64,000 nt of DNA, taken from Auanema rhodensis (Eukaryota; Animalia; Nematoda). Location of the stretch: assembly GCA_964057225.1 (NCBI GenBank), contig OZ059896.1, forward strand, positions 13,764,001 to 13,828,000, in the 5' to 3' direction. Positions 50,792 through 64,000 of the stretch are shown here, piece after piece. The notes beneath the pieces were generated by a model. That model was given only the letters and a program-made list of their open reading frames with translations. It ran no database searches and had not been told where the DNA came from. Position 1 is the stretch's first letter. Each line of letters starts with the position of its first letter. A program made the translations under genes and the position numbers.

Positions 50792-53700
50792 TCTAATTCA
50801 TTCAAATAAACTGGTAGACTTTTCTTCTTTTTCTTTTTATTATTATTATGTTAATTATATAATTACAATTTAAATAAACAATGAAGAAATTAGCATATCA
50901 CTTCTACGCTCGACTTGTATAAGTGAAATGTATGAAGAGATATGTAATTAGCATACTATGTCTAACCTGAGACATATTTAATTTTTACGTTTTAAACATA
51001 TAATGCGGTTGATGTTGCTGTGATACTACTTAAAGCAAAAACAAAAATTATTTTCATATAAATCAAATAGTAAGCTAATTATATTTATAATTACAATTAT
51101 GTGTTTTATGAGATGATGGAATAGTTGTCGAGGAAAATAGTATGAATAAGAGAGAGGCGAGAAGAGGGACAGGCGTATCTAATGTCGGAAGCACATGCTT
51201 ACTTCGTCTTCTTCTTCGTTTATGAAACGAATTGCCTTCTGTTTCTTTTTCCATCTCTTCTTCATCTTCTTCTATTCTCCTGTAATTTGATCTAACTATT
51301 TCGAAAGAATCGTGTAAGTAGATATGACCAATCTTATGAAAACTTTACCCTCTCATCATTGTCTATCATTGCATCAAGTATTCAATTGTTTAAATGATTA
51401 AGATCACGATGTATACTAAAGTTTTTTAAAATTTCCATTTATTTTCCTTCTTTTTAATGTTAGAAATTCTAAATTTATATATAGTATACAGTACAATATA
51501 GATAGAACTATTCTGTCCTTTTTAATATTTATTAAGCAGATTGCACTAAAATCTTTAATAAATGACTATAGTACGTGCTTGTTTCGCGCGACCTTTTCTT
51601 ATCACTTTATAGTAATTTAAATATCTGACAGATTATGCAAATGTTACGTAATAATTCTTATTATTATTGGAAAATTTGTATTATTTGCTTTGGAAATTGC
51701 TGATAGGAATTCAGCCTGATCATTCAGTCATGGATCCTGATTCCTCAGGACTTGAACGACACTGCCGTCCTGTGATGGCTGTGATGAGGACAATGACATA
51801 CTACATCTACGTTAAATTTTTCCTTGCTAGACTTTGTAGTACAAGGTTTGATATTATTAAATAGTTTGATATTTCATTTCACTTTTCTTATTGTATTCTA
51901 AAATTATTTCGTAAAATATTTGAAAATTTATGCTATGATGTAGTTTAAATATTTAAATATAATTAATTCGAACATTAATGGATTGGCGACAACAGTTGAC
52001 ACAACTTGTCTGTCTGTTTCAATGCTTCCGATTTCTCTAGACACTGATTTGTTCTCTATTTCACAATTATAATGATTTAAAACTAATTTCCAACCAAATT
52101 TCAAAAAAAAAACTGTGGGAAAGAGATGAATTAATGTATGATGTTGCAAATTCACATTAAAAAATATGATAAAGAGCTAGATGATTGAACAAGACTGGAC
52201 AGTCACGTTGTGGTGTTCTTCCCCACGCTTTGATATCTAGTACCTCTATCAGTCATTACAATATGAAAAATAGGATAAGATTGAGATTAAAAAAAGAAGA
52301 AGATAAAAGAAAATTAGATAGAAGATTAGAAAATGCTAAAAAGAACTAAAACTGTGTCTCTTGATCATTTCTGAAGCTGTTAATAGCTAATAAACTTGGA
52401 TAATGGGATTGCTATTCAGCTTGTTGCATTCGTAAGTCAGATCTCCCTTCTTTATCTCTTTTTCAACTAAACACTTCATACTATATTCACACCTTCACCC
52501 ACTCATTTCAATTTTCAATTTTATTTTTATCACTGTTTTCTCTGTTTCTGCTGTTGAAAGTTTCAAATATATTGAAGTCAGAATTTGAATAGATATTCAA
52601 TCATATCTTATGAATTAGTCTCAATTTGAATCAGGAAGTGAATGATTCAAAATTAGTTTCAGTTCTGCCAACCCTTAGCTGCTTTTTCTTTCTGAATTTC
52701 ATGAAAATTCTTCATTTGTTCTATATATACATATTGTTTCCGAAATATTTTTCTTCGTTGTTAAGGTAAACATCTGTCTTATCCATATATTCTAAATGAC
52801 CTGTGGTTGTATCTCCCCACAAGCCTGCCTATGTGCCAGCCAGCTGGCGATTTATTCCAAAACAAAAATTGTTACAAAAGAAAATATTTATTTATATTCT
52901 TATAATATAATACAGAAAAGATAATAAACTATACTATTCTCATAGAAGTATTATCATAAAATCTAATCTAGAACCTGATTTTTAAGCTTTTCAACTTTAT
53001 TACCTCTCACCATATTATCTATGAATCAAATTGCATAATCATGTATTCTATATAGATAAATTCCTCTGGTGGTCAACTGACGACGAAGAACATGCCCTAC
53101 TTGAACTGTCGTCTCCTCGAAAAGAATCCGCTGCTTTGCCCTTATCAGTTAAATCGGAAATTCTTCAGAAATTTATCATCATTCATATACAATCATTTCG
53201 TTTTCTTCTTCCGGAGCTTCTATGTATGCTAGCAAATCACACTTACAGCTGACATAAAGCAAAAATAAAAAATCCTGATAGCTCTAAGCCTCATCCAACT
53301 AATAAAACTTGGGTTTTTAAAATTTTAATTGCTTTTCGGTTTTCATGTACACATCATTATTCTGGCTTACGCTACTATATTTTCGAAATTTTGGTCCCAC
53401 TTCTGTTTCAGATCATAGTTTTTTTGTTTTTTTCTTTATTTTGTATCTTCATGTCAATCATGTTAAACTGAATCTTTTATAGTATTTTATTCTTGATAAA
53501 CATTAACGACGTCTATCTTTTTCTGATTTCTGATCACTTTTTAAGTAAGGAAGTTATCATAAAGTTATCTCTTCTTCTTTTTTTTCCCAATCATCAACCA
53601 TAATTTTCTTCATATTTATGACAGAATGTTGCTCCATATTTTACTTGTAACAAAAAGTTTTTTATCCTCTGATCTTTTCATTCAACTACTTTCTCATATT

Positions 53701-53963
53701 CTACCTGCTTGGCCTTCTTATCCTCTCATGTTCACTGCCTACCTCCCTTCTTCCCTCCTTCACTCTGAAATCTGAGCCTTAACATGCATTGATCAAAACG
53801 ATCGTGTTCTTCTTCAGATCATTTTCTCTTTTAACGTTTCTTTCAAGTTTTTTTCGTTTCAAAGTTTATGAAAAGTTTCTGAAAATATACAATTGACGCT
53901 ATTTTTTGTTGGTTTTTCTTTCTTAATCTTAAAATTTTTCTTTTTTTATTTTAATGTTCAGAT

Positions 53964-56900
53964 ATGGTAAGACAATACCTAATTTGGTGGATAGCTATCT
54001 CCTTATTTGCATTCACAGGTAGTTATCCTAGAACTTCATTTTCTCCGAATTTCAGTTGATTTTTCTTTTTTTCTTAATATTTTTATGTTCACTTAGGATT
54101 AAAATGATAACTGATAGACTAAAACCATAAATAGTTCCATTTGACTTATCACTTTTTGTCTTGAACGCCTGTTTGATAAGAAGAATGAAAAGTGTCTGAA
54201 TGAAAACTTCAAAATTTTGACACTTATCACTCTTTTTTATATAAAAGAAAGCTGATTTTAAATTTTCGTTCTGTAGTCAAAAGAAACATTTACCGATAGC
54301 AGTTAAAGTGAACTGAAAACAAAAAAATAATTAAGAAAACTAAAGTAAGTAAAACTAAACTTCTTTGTACAAATGTTTCTGTTAAACAATGAAAAATAAT
54401 AGTGAAATACATGATGTCAACAATTGACGTCCTATAAACACATTTTTCTCAAATATCTTTAAGGTTTTACATGGGCTAATGAGCTATCACGATGTTGTTC
54501 TGGAGGAACTCGTCATTTCATGCAAACATCAACTTGTTCCAACATTAAAAGTGAAGGAACAAGTTTAACATGTGTTAGGTAAAACTTGTAACTTAAGCTT
54601 GATGTTCTTACTACTACTTACATACAGATCTGCTTCAATATGTTGCTTGAGGGCTTTACTAGATGATGCATGTGATGAAGGAGCTCAGCTGGCTCGACAA
54701 GATGATACATGCCATACTAATATCAACGTTTTGGGAGGTGGTCTCCGAAAGGTAAACAGCAGTATTCATACTAAATTTAAGATCTTCTTTTATTTTAAGG
54801 AATGTTGTGACTGTTGCTTATTAGCTAAAGACCTTATCAAACGTAATGAGCCATGTGTTCCTCCAACAGGCTTTTCAGCAGCTTGTTTGAAAGCATTCTC
54901 GAAATGCTGTGCAGGAACGTTCGAATTCACCCAGCCACATATGCTGATAACAGGTTTTGTTTTTAAAGATATTTACTATTTATTATTCTTCTGAATCTAT
55001 TTTCTGTCAATGAAATAAAAATAATTAAAGAGAAGCCTAAGTTGTATGATGGTGAAGCTGTTCTTGAACTTGGAGACAGATGCTCTACAGCTAAATGTGA
55101 TCACATGTGTAATGACAGGTAAAAATCAGAAAGAAACACATCTTCTTGTTTAATGTTATGAAACATAATCTGAATTACAGAGGAGGAGATTCAGTTGAAT
55201 GTTCATGTCGCGCTGGATATGAACTAGGGCCAGATGGCACTACATGTGTTGGTCAGTTGAAATTCAATACTAATTTTCAAAACTTGAAAACTTGAGACTT
55301 TAGAAAGCTTTCTGCTTAAATCCAGCTTATCATTCCTTAATTATCCTTTGTTATTATTATCCTTTTATCTATCCTCTTTAATACAGATATCGATGAATGT
55401 TCATCTCGTACACCTCCATGTCTTTGGGGTCGAGAAACATGTGTTAATGCAGAAGGAAGTTATTCATGTGAAAAACGAACATCAGTAGATAGTCGTCGTT
55501 TCTTACGAATGCGAGATGAAGGTCGACGACGAGTGACATCTGCATATCCTCACCAGCATCAACAAGAGTTTCTGATGCGTGATGCTCCAGCACGCCCACA
55601 AGCAGCAGCATTGCATTCATCTCGTCATTATGAGCAACATCTGAATCATCATAAAGGCTGGCCATGTAATAAAGGTTATGCACTACAAGATGGAGTCTGC
55701 AGAGGTAAGAAATTCATAGATGAGTATATATAGCTTTAAGTTGTGTTGTATCATTCATGTTAGAAGCATGTTCAATATAAGATTTTCTAGATGTAGATGA
55801 ATGTAAGGTTGATAATCCTTGTCCAATCACAATTCCCATTTGTCTGAATTTACCTGGCACATACTCATGTGTTTGTCCAACAGGCTTTTACTACAGCGTT
55901 TTGCACAGAAAATGTTTAGGTCTTTCATAACTTTTTTTTCCTCAAAACTTCCAAAAAAAATAACATTTCTGAATTATTATACTAATTAGATGTGGATGAG
56001 TGTCTTCTACTTGTTGATGATTGTCTTGAATCTCAACGTTGTCTCAATACTCCTGGATCATTCAAGTGCATTCGTACCCTATCCTGTGGAACTGGATATG
56101 CTATGGATTCTGAATCAGAACAATGCATTGGTCTGTTCATCTAACACTTGTTTTTTTAGTTTTTTTTTGAAGTTTTTACTAACTTTAAACCAAAAATATT
56201 TCATTTTGAAAGATAATTAGTTATTGTTTTAACAGATGTTGATGAGTGTAATTTGGGAGCACATGATTGTGGAGTTCTATACCAATGTCGAAATACTCAA
56301 GGAAGTTACAGGTTTTATAACACTTCTTGTATGTTTTTTCATCAAACATGTATCATCAGATGTGATCCAAAAAAATGTGGAGAAGGAGAGCTTCAAAATC
56401 CTCAAACAGGAGAATGTACATCAATCGAATGTCCACTTGGATTTTTCCCTAAAAATGGAATGTGCAACGGTAAATTTGAAAAATATCATTGTTAAATTAT
56501 TGTTACAACTTGATAGATATTGATGAATGTGCTGAGGAAAATCGTTGTGGACCTTCAGAGCAATGCATCAATACTCCAGGATCTTATCGTTGTCAGGAAA
56601 TGGGAAATATGTGTGCAGAAGGCTATCAAACAAACAGAAACACTGGATTCTGTGAAGGTTAATCAACTTAACGACAAATTCTGTTTAAAGGGACATACTG
56701 ATTAACGAGATTTTCAGATGTTGATGAATGTCTTCAAAACGCTTGTGGATCTCTTCAATGCATTAATCTGCCTGGATCATACAAATGTCGTTGTCCAGCT
56801 GGATACGAGTTTGATGAGAAGGTATTAACTTCATCAGCTTTTTAAAAAACATATCTTTAACTTATAGCTGAAGAAATGCGAAGATATCAACGAATGTGAA

Positions 56901-58893
56901 AAGTTTGCGGGTCATGTTTGTGATTTGTCAGCTGAATGCCGGAATACTATTGGATCTTTCATTTGTAAATGTAAGGCTGGATTCCAATTAGCTATTGATG
57001 GTCGTCGTTGTGAAGGTGAGCAGAAATATTGTTTTCGAATTTTCAATTAATCTCATTCATTTCAGATATTAACGAATGTGATTCTGGACAAGCTCGTTGT
57101 GAGCAGAAATGTGTCAATATTCCTGGATCATATCAATGTATTTGTGATCGTGGTTATGCTCTTGGAGCTGATGGAATTACATGTCAAGATATTGATGAAT
57201 GTTCTATCTGGGCTGGATCAGGTACAAGCTTCAGTTCGCCAACAGAGATTTTTATTTTAATACATTAATAGGAAATGATCTGTGCATGGGAGGATGTATC
57301 AATACTAGAGGTTCATATCTCTGTCAATGTCCACCAGGTTATAAAATTCAATCTGATGGACGCACGTGCGTAGGTATTCAAAATATTTTAAAATTTTGAT
57401 AATAAAAGAAATATCTTTAATCAGATATTGATGAATGCCAGTTAGGAGAATGCCAAGGACATGATAGAATTTGTGTTAATACATTAGGACAATTCAAGTG
57501 TAATCGTATTGAATGCCCACATAATTATATTCATGATAGTAATTATAAGAAGTAAGTTTATTTTATTTCAATCTTATTTTAATGTTTGATGTGACATACT
57601 AGCATGATTTCCAAACTTAAAACTTCCGTTTGATGTGTATTTACTAATCTATTCAGTCGTTGTAATCGTGATAAGACAATCTGTGAAGGTCTTGATGATG
57701 CAACTTGTAAAGCCAAATATCCAGTTCATTATACATGGCAATTCATTGCAATTCCACGATCAGTACCAATTTCATCACATCGACCGTCTATCACTCTCTT
57801 CACTATTAAAGGACCAAGTTCTGTAGATAGTTTAGTTCAGTTTGAATTGCAATTGAAGAAAGCACATACAGGTACTTCGACTACTTAAATTTGACTTTGA
57901 AAATCATAATAATCTCCTCAGGAGCTCCTGGCATCTTGCCTGCCATTCGTCCAAATTTTCTCCTACAGAAAGGAAAAGATCGGAACAGCGTAGTTGTTGC
58001 TTTGCGTGATTCCCTTGATGGCCCACAAGATGTTGAATTAGAGCTAACCCTTCGATTAACCAAAAATGGCAATTTTTCCGGAAAATTTGTTGCAATTTTA
58101 GCTGTGCATGTTTCATCTCACAAAAGACATTCCAGTCATATTCAATAGATAGATATAAACTGAAAACTAGTCATCATATCCTTTAACGTCAAACTGTGAT
58201 CTCATAATATTTAACTAACTAACTATATTAATATTATTTTATTTATTCTAATTTTAAACAAATAAAAAACGAAATGGTATTTGCTGTCATTTAATATTTT
58301 TAACTTATCATTCATATTCAATGTTTATTAATATTTCTTTAGTTACTTAAATAAATAATTAATTGTTTATATTTTGTTTTGAAAAATAACAACTAAAATG
58401 TAATTTCAGCAATATTCAAGATGGATATTCTTGTCTCAAAAGTTGCAGCTCAATGGACGATGCTGCATGTATTGCTAATAGTACTCGTGAAATTCTATAC
58501 CAATTCCGAGCTATTCCATCACTTAAAGTTTTAAAACATCCGTTAGAGGTAAACTGTCCTGTTAAAGATTATTTGTTTTAAACAATAGTTATTTGATTTC
58601 AGATTTCACGTATTCGTGCTCATATGGAAATTCCATTTTCGGTAGAATACATACTGGATAAACGAGATGAAAGATATTTTTCAGTTGAACAAGATAAAAA
58701 TATAGGTAATATTTATATTTAAAAATAAAATAAATAATTAATTTTCTTAGGTATTGTACGTCTTTCACGACCAATTGAAGGCCCAGCAGTACAAACAGTT
58801 CGAGTGAATATTCATACGAAATCACGTCGAGGAGTTATATTAGCTTATAATGTGGCTATAATAGAAGTTTATATATCAAAATATAATTTTTGA
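53964..58893 (+). CDS. fbl-1: Fibulin-1 with alternative C-type (stop 58148) and D-type (stop 58893) terminal exon sets
   Basis: Signal peptide; three anaphylatoxin modules ([25 protein letters not shown]); tandem calcium-binding EGF exons. Donor at 57551 can join either 57657 ([14 protein letters not shown]) or 58410 ([22 protein letters not shown]) in the same phase. Confidence 0.96.
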
Positions 58894-61800
58894 AAAAAAC
58901 AAACATGAAAAGTTAAAGTCAAATAATTTTTTTGTCTTCAATGTTAAAAGAAAAAAACGTTTTGTTTGATTGTTCGATATCTGTTGATGTGGCATGAAGA
59001 TGTCTAGAAATTCGCTTGGCCTCTCCTATATACATATGTATTTCCCTTTCAACCTTTCTTCTTATTTCACTCATTTTTCGAAATACCTAAAATTTAATTT
59101 TTGAATCTTTTTGTAAAAATATCGAAAGCCGTTCATTCATTCATGTTGGCACACCTATCTGAAACATTTTTTTATAAGAATTGGTTGTAAGCCAAACAAA
59201 AAAAAGAGAAAGAGATAAAAGAGATGAAATTAAAAAAGAAGATAAGATACATCTTCTTAATCATTGTATTTCTCTTGGAACACCTTTTTATTAATATTTA
59301 ATAAAAATAATCGTATTGTATGATAATTATATGTATTAGTATTATATTTTTTTCTGACTTATCTCATGGTTTTCCATTTACAGAAAGTTAAATAAACTAG
59401 TTATGTCAAAATCTTTTTTATATTTATACAAATTAAATTTTATTTTTATTGTTATAAATAAATAATAATATAGTAATTATTTATAATAATTTTTATTTAT
59501 TATATGTATGTAGTTAGTTGTTTAGAATGTAATATAATCAATGATCATCGTATGTCACTTTCTTAGAAGAAACAGTTGTTTTATTAGGTTCTTTCCAAAC
59601 TCATCAAGCTAAAAGCTAGACTTACAACCAAAAGTTATTTTCTTCTCTCAGAATATCTTCTTAAAACAACTTTTTCTTTAAATGTTTTCTTTATGATTGT
59701 AATTAGCATATTGATCGTTGCGGTCGTAGTAATAAATGACACACGTAATTCACGTGAACATATGCGTGAATGACGAAAATAAATTTTTCTTTATAATTAT
59801 TCAGAAAACAAGAACGGTTGCTCATTCTTCACTGAAATTCTAAATATTTTATTTATTTCTATGCTATTATATGTATCTCTCTTTAACCTTTTATAATCTC
59901 CATTTCACTCATTCTCCTTCTTCTCTCGTTTTTATTCTTTCATTTCAGATTTTTCTTTTTGTCTTCTCTTATTACTTTATGATATTTCCTGTCATTACAC
60001 ATACTTAAACATTATTTTTCTTTCGAATATGTACAGAAACGTTTTTCATTTTTTTTTATTAGCTTTCCAATATAGATATATTTCTTATATTGAATACGAA
60101 TAACTCGTTTACTAACATTTTATTCTAATTTAAAGTTTAATACATATGTATTTGCATGATGTAACCACCACCTTAGCTAGATAGATATATCTACATACAT
60201 AGCATAAGCATTCATACATCCATCTATGTACATTCAAGATATATGGACTCACAACAACTTCCGAATATGACAAATAAACGACAAACTTTCAGTTCTTTAA
60301 TGACACAACTAAAAATAACCTTTAATCTTATAATTTTTTCAGGCTTTCATTTTATTTTTCATATGATATTCATATTTGATAATAATGAAATAGTATAAAA
60401 TTGCTTATATTTGAAAGAAACTACTACATTCAATAAATTTTTGCTGTTAAAATCTAAAGAAAATACATCTAGTTCTCATAAATCTCAGTTTATTTCCCTT
60501 TAAATCTATTTGTTTTATGGCTTCAGGTTATTTATATTTTTCGGTTGACGCTCTGTTCCATTGACTCACACCTCAAGACGTTTTACGTATTCCTTGGCCT
60601 CTTGCTGAAAAATGGATAACGGCTGTTCCGTTCCTTTTTTTCCAGATGTCATGATTTTTATTGCAAAAGATCAAAAAAAGATCTTAACTGGAAAAAGTTG
60701 AAAAAAGAAATTGAAAATTCTTGAGTAAAAAACATAAAATTCGAATTTAGTCTGGATGCCATTGACAGATTAGCTTTAAGGCTTTTTCGCGTATCTCTTC
60801 CAGAAGCCTAATTATAGCAAATATTCCTCTATCTTCATCGATATGTGAAGAGTTTGGTCATTTATACTAAGACATGATGATGCTCTTTTCCCATTCAGCT
60901 TCTTGTAGGCTACTACAGAATACATGTAGCGTCTTCCGACAGCGTCATCGGCAAACCGCTTACATAATGGCCTAGATGATGTCAGTTGATTTCGTCTATT
61001 CAACTATTTTCGGCCGACAACGCAAACGCAGAAGCAGAATAAGAAGAAGGAGTAGTAGAAGCAACAGAAGCTGCTCATTTTTATATTTCCCTTTTTCTCT
61101 CTCTATCTCTCTTCCATTCTCTCTATATGCAGAAATCTCGATCATGGCCTGTTGCTTTAGCTTTTCCAACTTCTTGTGGCCATCTTCTCTATCCACAAAC
61201 TGAATCAACTCTGCACTGCCAGCTCCTGCTTCTCTTTCTCTTCTCTCCCTATGTCCCTTTCTTCCGTCTATCTTGAACCCAATCCGAGGGTCACCCCCCC
61301 CCCCTTTCCTTCAACTCCTTCGACCTCTTCCCCCCTCGTTCTCAGCATCTAATCGTATCTTTTCTTTGCTCCGCCTACTTCTCACCCGCAATGCAACATC
61401 GGCTCATAACACTGTTTTCTTCATCAACTCATAACAAAGTAACTGACACGTCCAGCAACTCAAGTCTTTTTCAATCCAACTCAACGATGATTTTTTTAAT
61501 CTTTTTTTTTGGAGAAATCAAGAATGCAATCAGCTAACATTCAAGCTGTAATTTTCATCATGCTTGTCATCGTTGAGCATTTCGAAATAAAAATTTATAA
61601 ACATAGTAATAGTTATAGATATTCTCTTTTTTCATTTTCTTTCCTTAATCTTCCAATGTTCATTCATGTCCTAATCTGTGCTTGGGTTCATCGTCTGTTG
61701 ATGCCGCAAGTCCTTCCTCTTCATTGCTAATTAAAGTTGCTTCCTAAACTAGCCAGCTGCTGAGAAATGGACCCTATTTCCTATTATCTTTCCGATTTTA

Positions 61801-62422
61801 CTGAGTTCATTTCTCTTATACAGTTTCACTTTGTCCATTTTCTCAAGCTTCAAATGCAGCCACTCTTGCTGTTGTTGAACTACAAATTTGGGAAAAAGTT
61901 GCTTTAGTCCCTCCACGTTTTCAAATCAAATGTAGGTGGGCCAGCTAACTCTTCATCCGGTTCCGAATAGTTTTTTTTGAATAATTCAAAAGGAAATTGT
62001 AGAAAATGTTATGTGAAAATCAGCGAAAATGCTGTTAACTTTCTCGCGCATCCGCAGTCGGAAGAGCAAGCCTGCTGTGGTCATCTTTGCCGCTGTCCTT
62101 CAATAAGGTTTATCTGATTTGTATTCATGTTGTCGTGTTCATTCCATTGTCCTTATTTGTAGGCTCATTAAGCTTCTGAAGACATGACTGAGTATGAAGA
62201 ATGAATAATCATAATTAACTATTTTAGTTTTATAATAAAACTAGTTGAATATTCAAGCCTATTACTCTACTTCATCATCTGGTTAATTTGCTCATCTTAA
62301 ATCAATCGCATTCCTCTTCAATATTTCTTCTTCTTCGTTTGCATCTTGCAGCATATTCTAACTTCAAATATTTTCGAAATATTTTGTTTTGAGTTTTGTT
62401 TTTTTCAGATGAGGTTAGAGTT

Positions 62423-62914
62423 ATGAAACTTCTACAGTTTATTTCACTTCTCTTCTACCCTTTGCTTCAAGCAACTGCACCTAATCTAGGCAAGTATTAA
62501 TATTTTGTGTTATATGTTTAGTTATTTTTGTTTTTTTTTTAAAGAAATTAACTTTATTTTTCCAGGTCCTCCTAAACTATTATCTCAGTCTGCTGAAGAA
62601 GTTTGGTATAAATTAGATATTTCTTCTAATCCACTTTCAAAACCAACTCTTAAATGCCAAGCTTCAGAAAATGCTGAAAGGTTTTTATTCAATACTCATA
62701 GAATATTCATAAAATAAGAAAATTTTCAGTTACGAATGGTACAAAAACGGCGAATTACTGGATATAGGTGGTGATATTGAATGGATTTTACCAGGCCAAA
62801 GTGGAACTATCGTTATAAATTCTCCGAAACGAGAACATCAAGGCTACTACCAATGTTTTGTTTCAAATATTTTTGGAACTGCTGTTTCAAATAAAATATT
62901 TCTTCGCTTAGGAG
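62423..62914 (+). CDS. lad-2: 5' exons (signal peptide and Ig1) of an L1CAM-family adhesion molecule, LAD-2-like; continues beyond the window
   Basis: MKLLQFISLLFYPLLQA..GPPKLLSQSAEEVWYKLD..TLKCQASEN..YEWYKNG..QSGTIVI..HQGYYQCFVSNIFGTAVSNKIFLRLG. Confidence 0.75.
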
Positions 62915-64000
62915 GTTAGTTTTTATATTATTTTCTTAAAAATAAAAATATTCAACTATACTATTTATACGTTTATGAAAATTTTAATTTTATTGTCTTG
63001 ATTTTGATCTGATTGATTCAAGTGTTGAAAATTTAAATAAGCTCTGCAAGTAGGCTTGCAATCAAGGCATCCTCTCGGCTACTCTTCCGACACGCTATCT
63101 TTCCGACCAATTTCTCTGGCTTTTTCCTTTTGCTCTAGCGTTTCAACATATATTCTGAGACAAGTTATTTAAAAAATTTGTGGCTCATCCAAATAATCTC
63201 CAAATAAAGGAAATGACTGACCTCGTGTGTTGAAACTAACAAAGTATTATATGAAACTTTAAATTTTGTTCCAATTAAACAGGCATTATACTATATTTAA
63301 TTATATAATTAACCTATATAATATTATGTAAATAATATTATTTAATCAAATAACTAGCATATAGCAATATATAATTTTCTTTTTTATAATCTCAAACATC
63401 TTGATGACTACTTAGTGTGCCTCTCATCACTACCTCTCCCTCTCTTCACACCCAGGTCCTCTCTCATATAGTATACGGACACACGCTCATAAACCGTTTG
63501 TAATGACGTCATGCACAGAATCTCAATGATGTCAGTATGATTCAGAGCCTATAAAGCAGAACTAAAAAGAAAATAATTGACAGAAAGCGTGAGAGAGAGA
63601 GAAAGGTTATGTGTTTTTCTCTGTTTGTCTGTGTTTGCATGTGCGCGATAACACATGATGTAAGTGTCCATAACCAAAATACTATAAGTAGTAGCATAGT
63701 ATATACACAGTAATTATATGTACTATTACAAGAGAATATTGACAGATGTGTGTGTGTGTTTTCTCTCTTTCTCTCTCTCTGATACTCATCTTACTTATAC
63801 ATCTTAATGATGTCCTTATTACATAATTGCCAATTAACACATTTTTCTATAATAGATAGGTTAATGGACAGATATCGTATAAGGACATTGAGCTAATAAC
63901 TATATAGATTAAGCTTACTATACATATAGTTCATAGAAATAAAGAGAACAATTTTCGTTTGACAAACAAATTGTTTTCTTTTTTTCTAAAAAAACATTAA

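Noticed and set aside
60812-61330. Poly-Leu and poly-Arg ORFs and a poly-C tract upstream of lad-2
   Set aside because: Low-complexity purine/pyrimidine tracts typical of a large regulatory region; no splice-supported coding structure.
1-64000. CRISPR arrays, prokaryotic systems, rRNA/tRNA genes, telomeric arrays or DNA-elimination break motifs
   Set aside because: The sequence is intron-rich nematode DNA. I saw no repeat-spacer array, tRNA cloverleaf or (TTAGGC)n tract, and an elimination motif cannot be assessed without the species-specific consensus.

Overview
Eukaryotic, AT-rich, gene-dense DNA with very short introns (mostly about 40-55 nt). It is almost certainly from a free-living rhabditid (clade V) nematode; the species cannot be fixed from sequence alone. 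I assembled about 18 spliced protein-coding genes by hand. In order: MOGS glucosidase I, SLC38A9, NudC/NUDT13-type Nudix (ndx-9), a small secreted Cys-rich protein, TBC1D30-like RabGAP, Sec61beta and TRAP-gamma (divergent pair), ERI-5-like Tudor protein, LOV-1/polycystin-1 (with a deleted mariner in one intron), a secreted acidic putative GPI protein, a globin, a small disordered protein with ESCRT late-domain motifs, GST-kappa, kynurenine formamidase, Dcp2, an unidentified gene upstream of Dcp2, an IR-like glutamate receptor, a 2xRRM+dsRBM protein, fibulin-1 with C and D terminal exon sets, and the 5' end of an L1CAM (lad-2-like). Two signals are not explained by these annotations. (1) A ~310-nt GC-rich, densely base-paired element between Sec61beta and TRAP-gamma that matches no ncRNA family I recognise. 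(2) A ~210-aa putatively myristoylated disordered protein carrying PSAP, PPxY and LYPxL motifs together. Splice signals are relaxed (several GC donors, many AAG acceptors, one GAG acceptor). CDS coordinates are gene spans including introns; exon boundaries are manual inferences.
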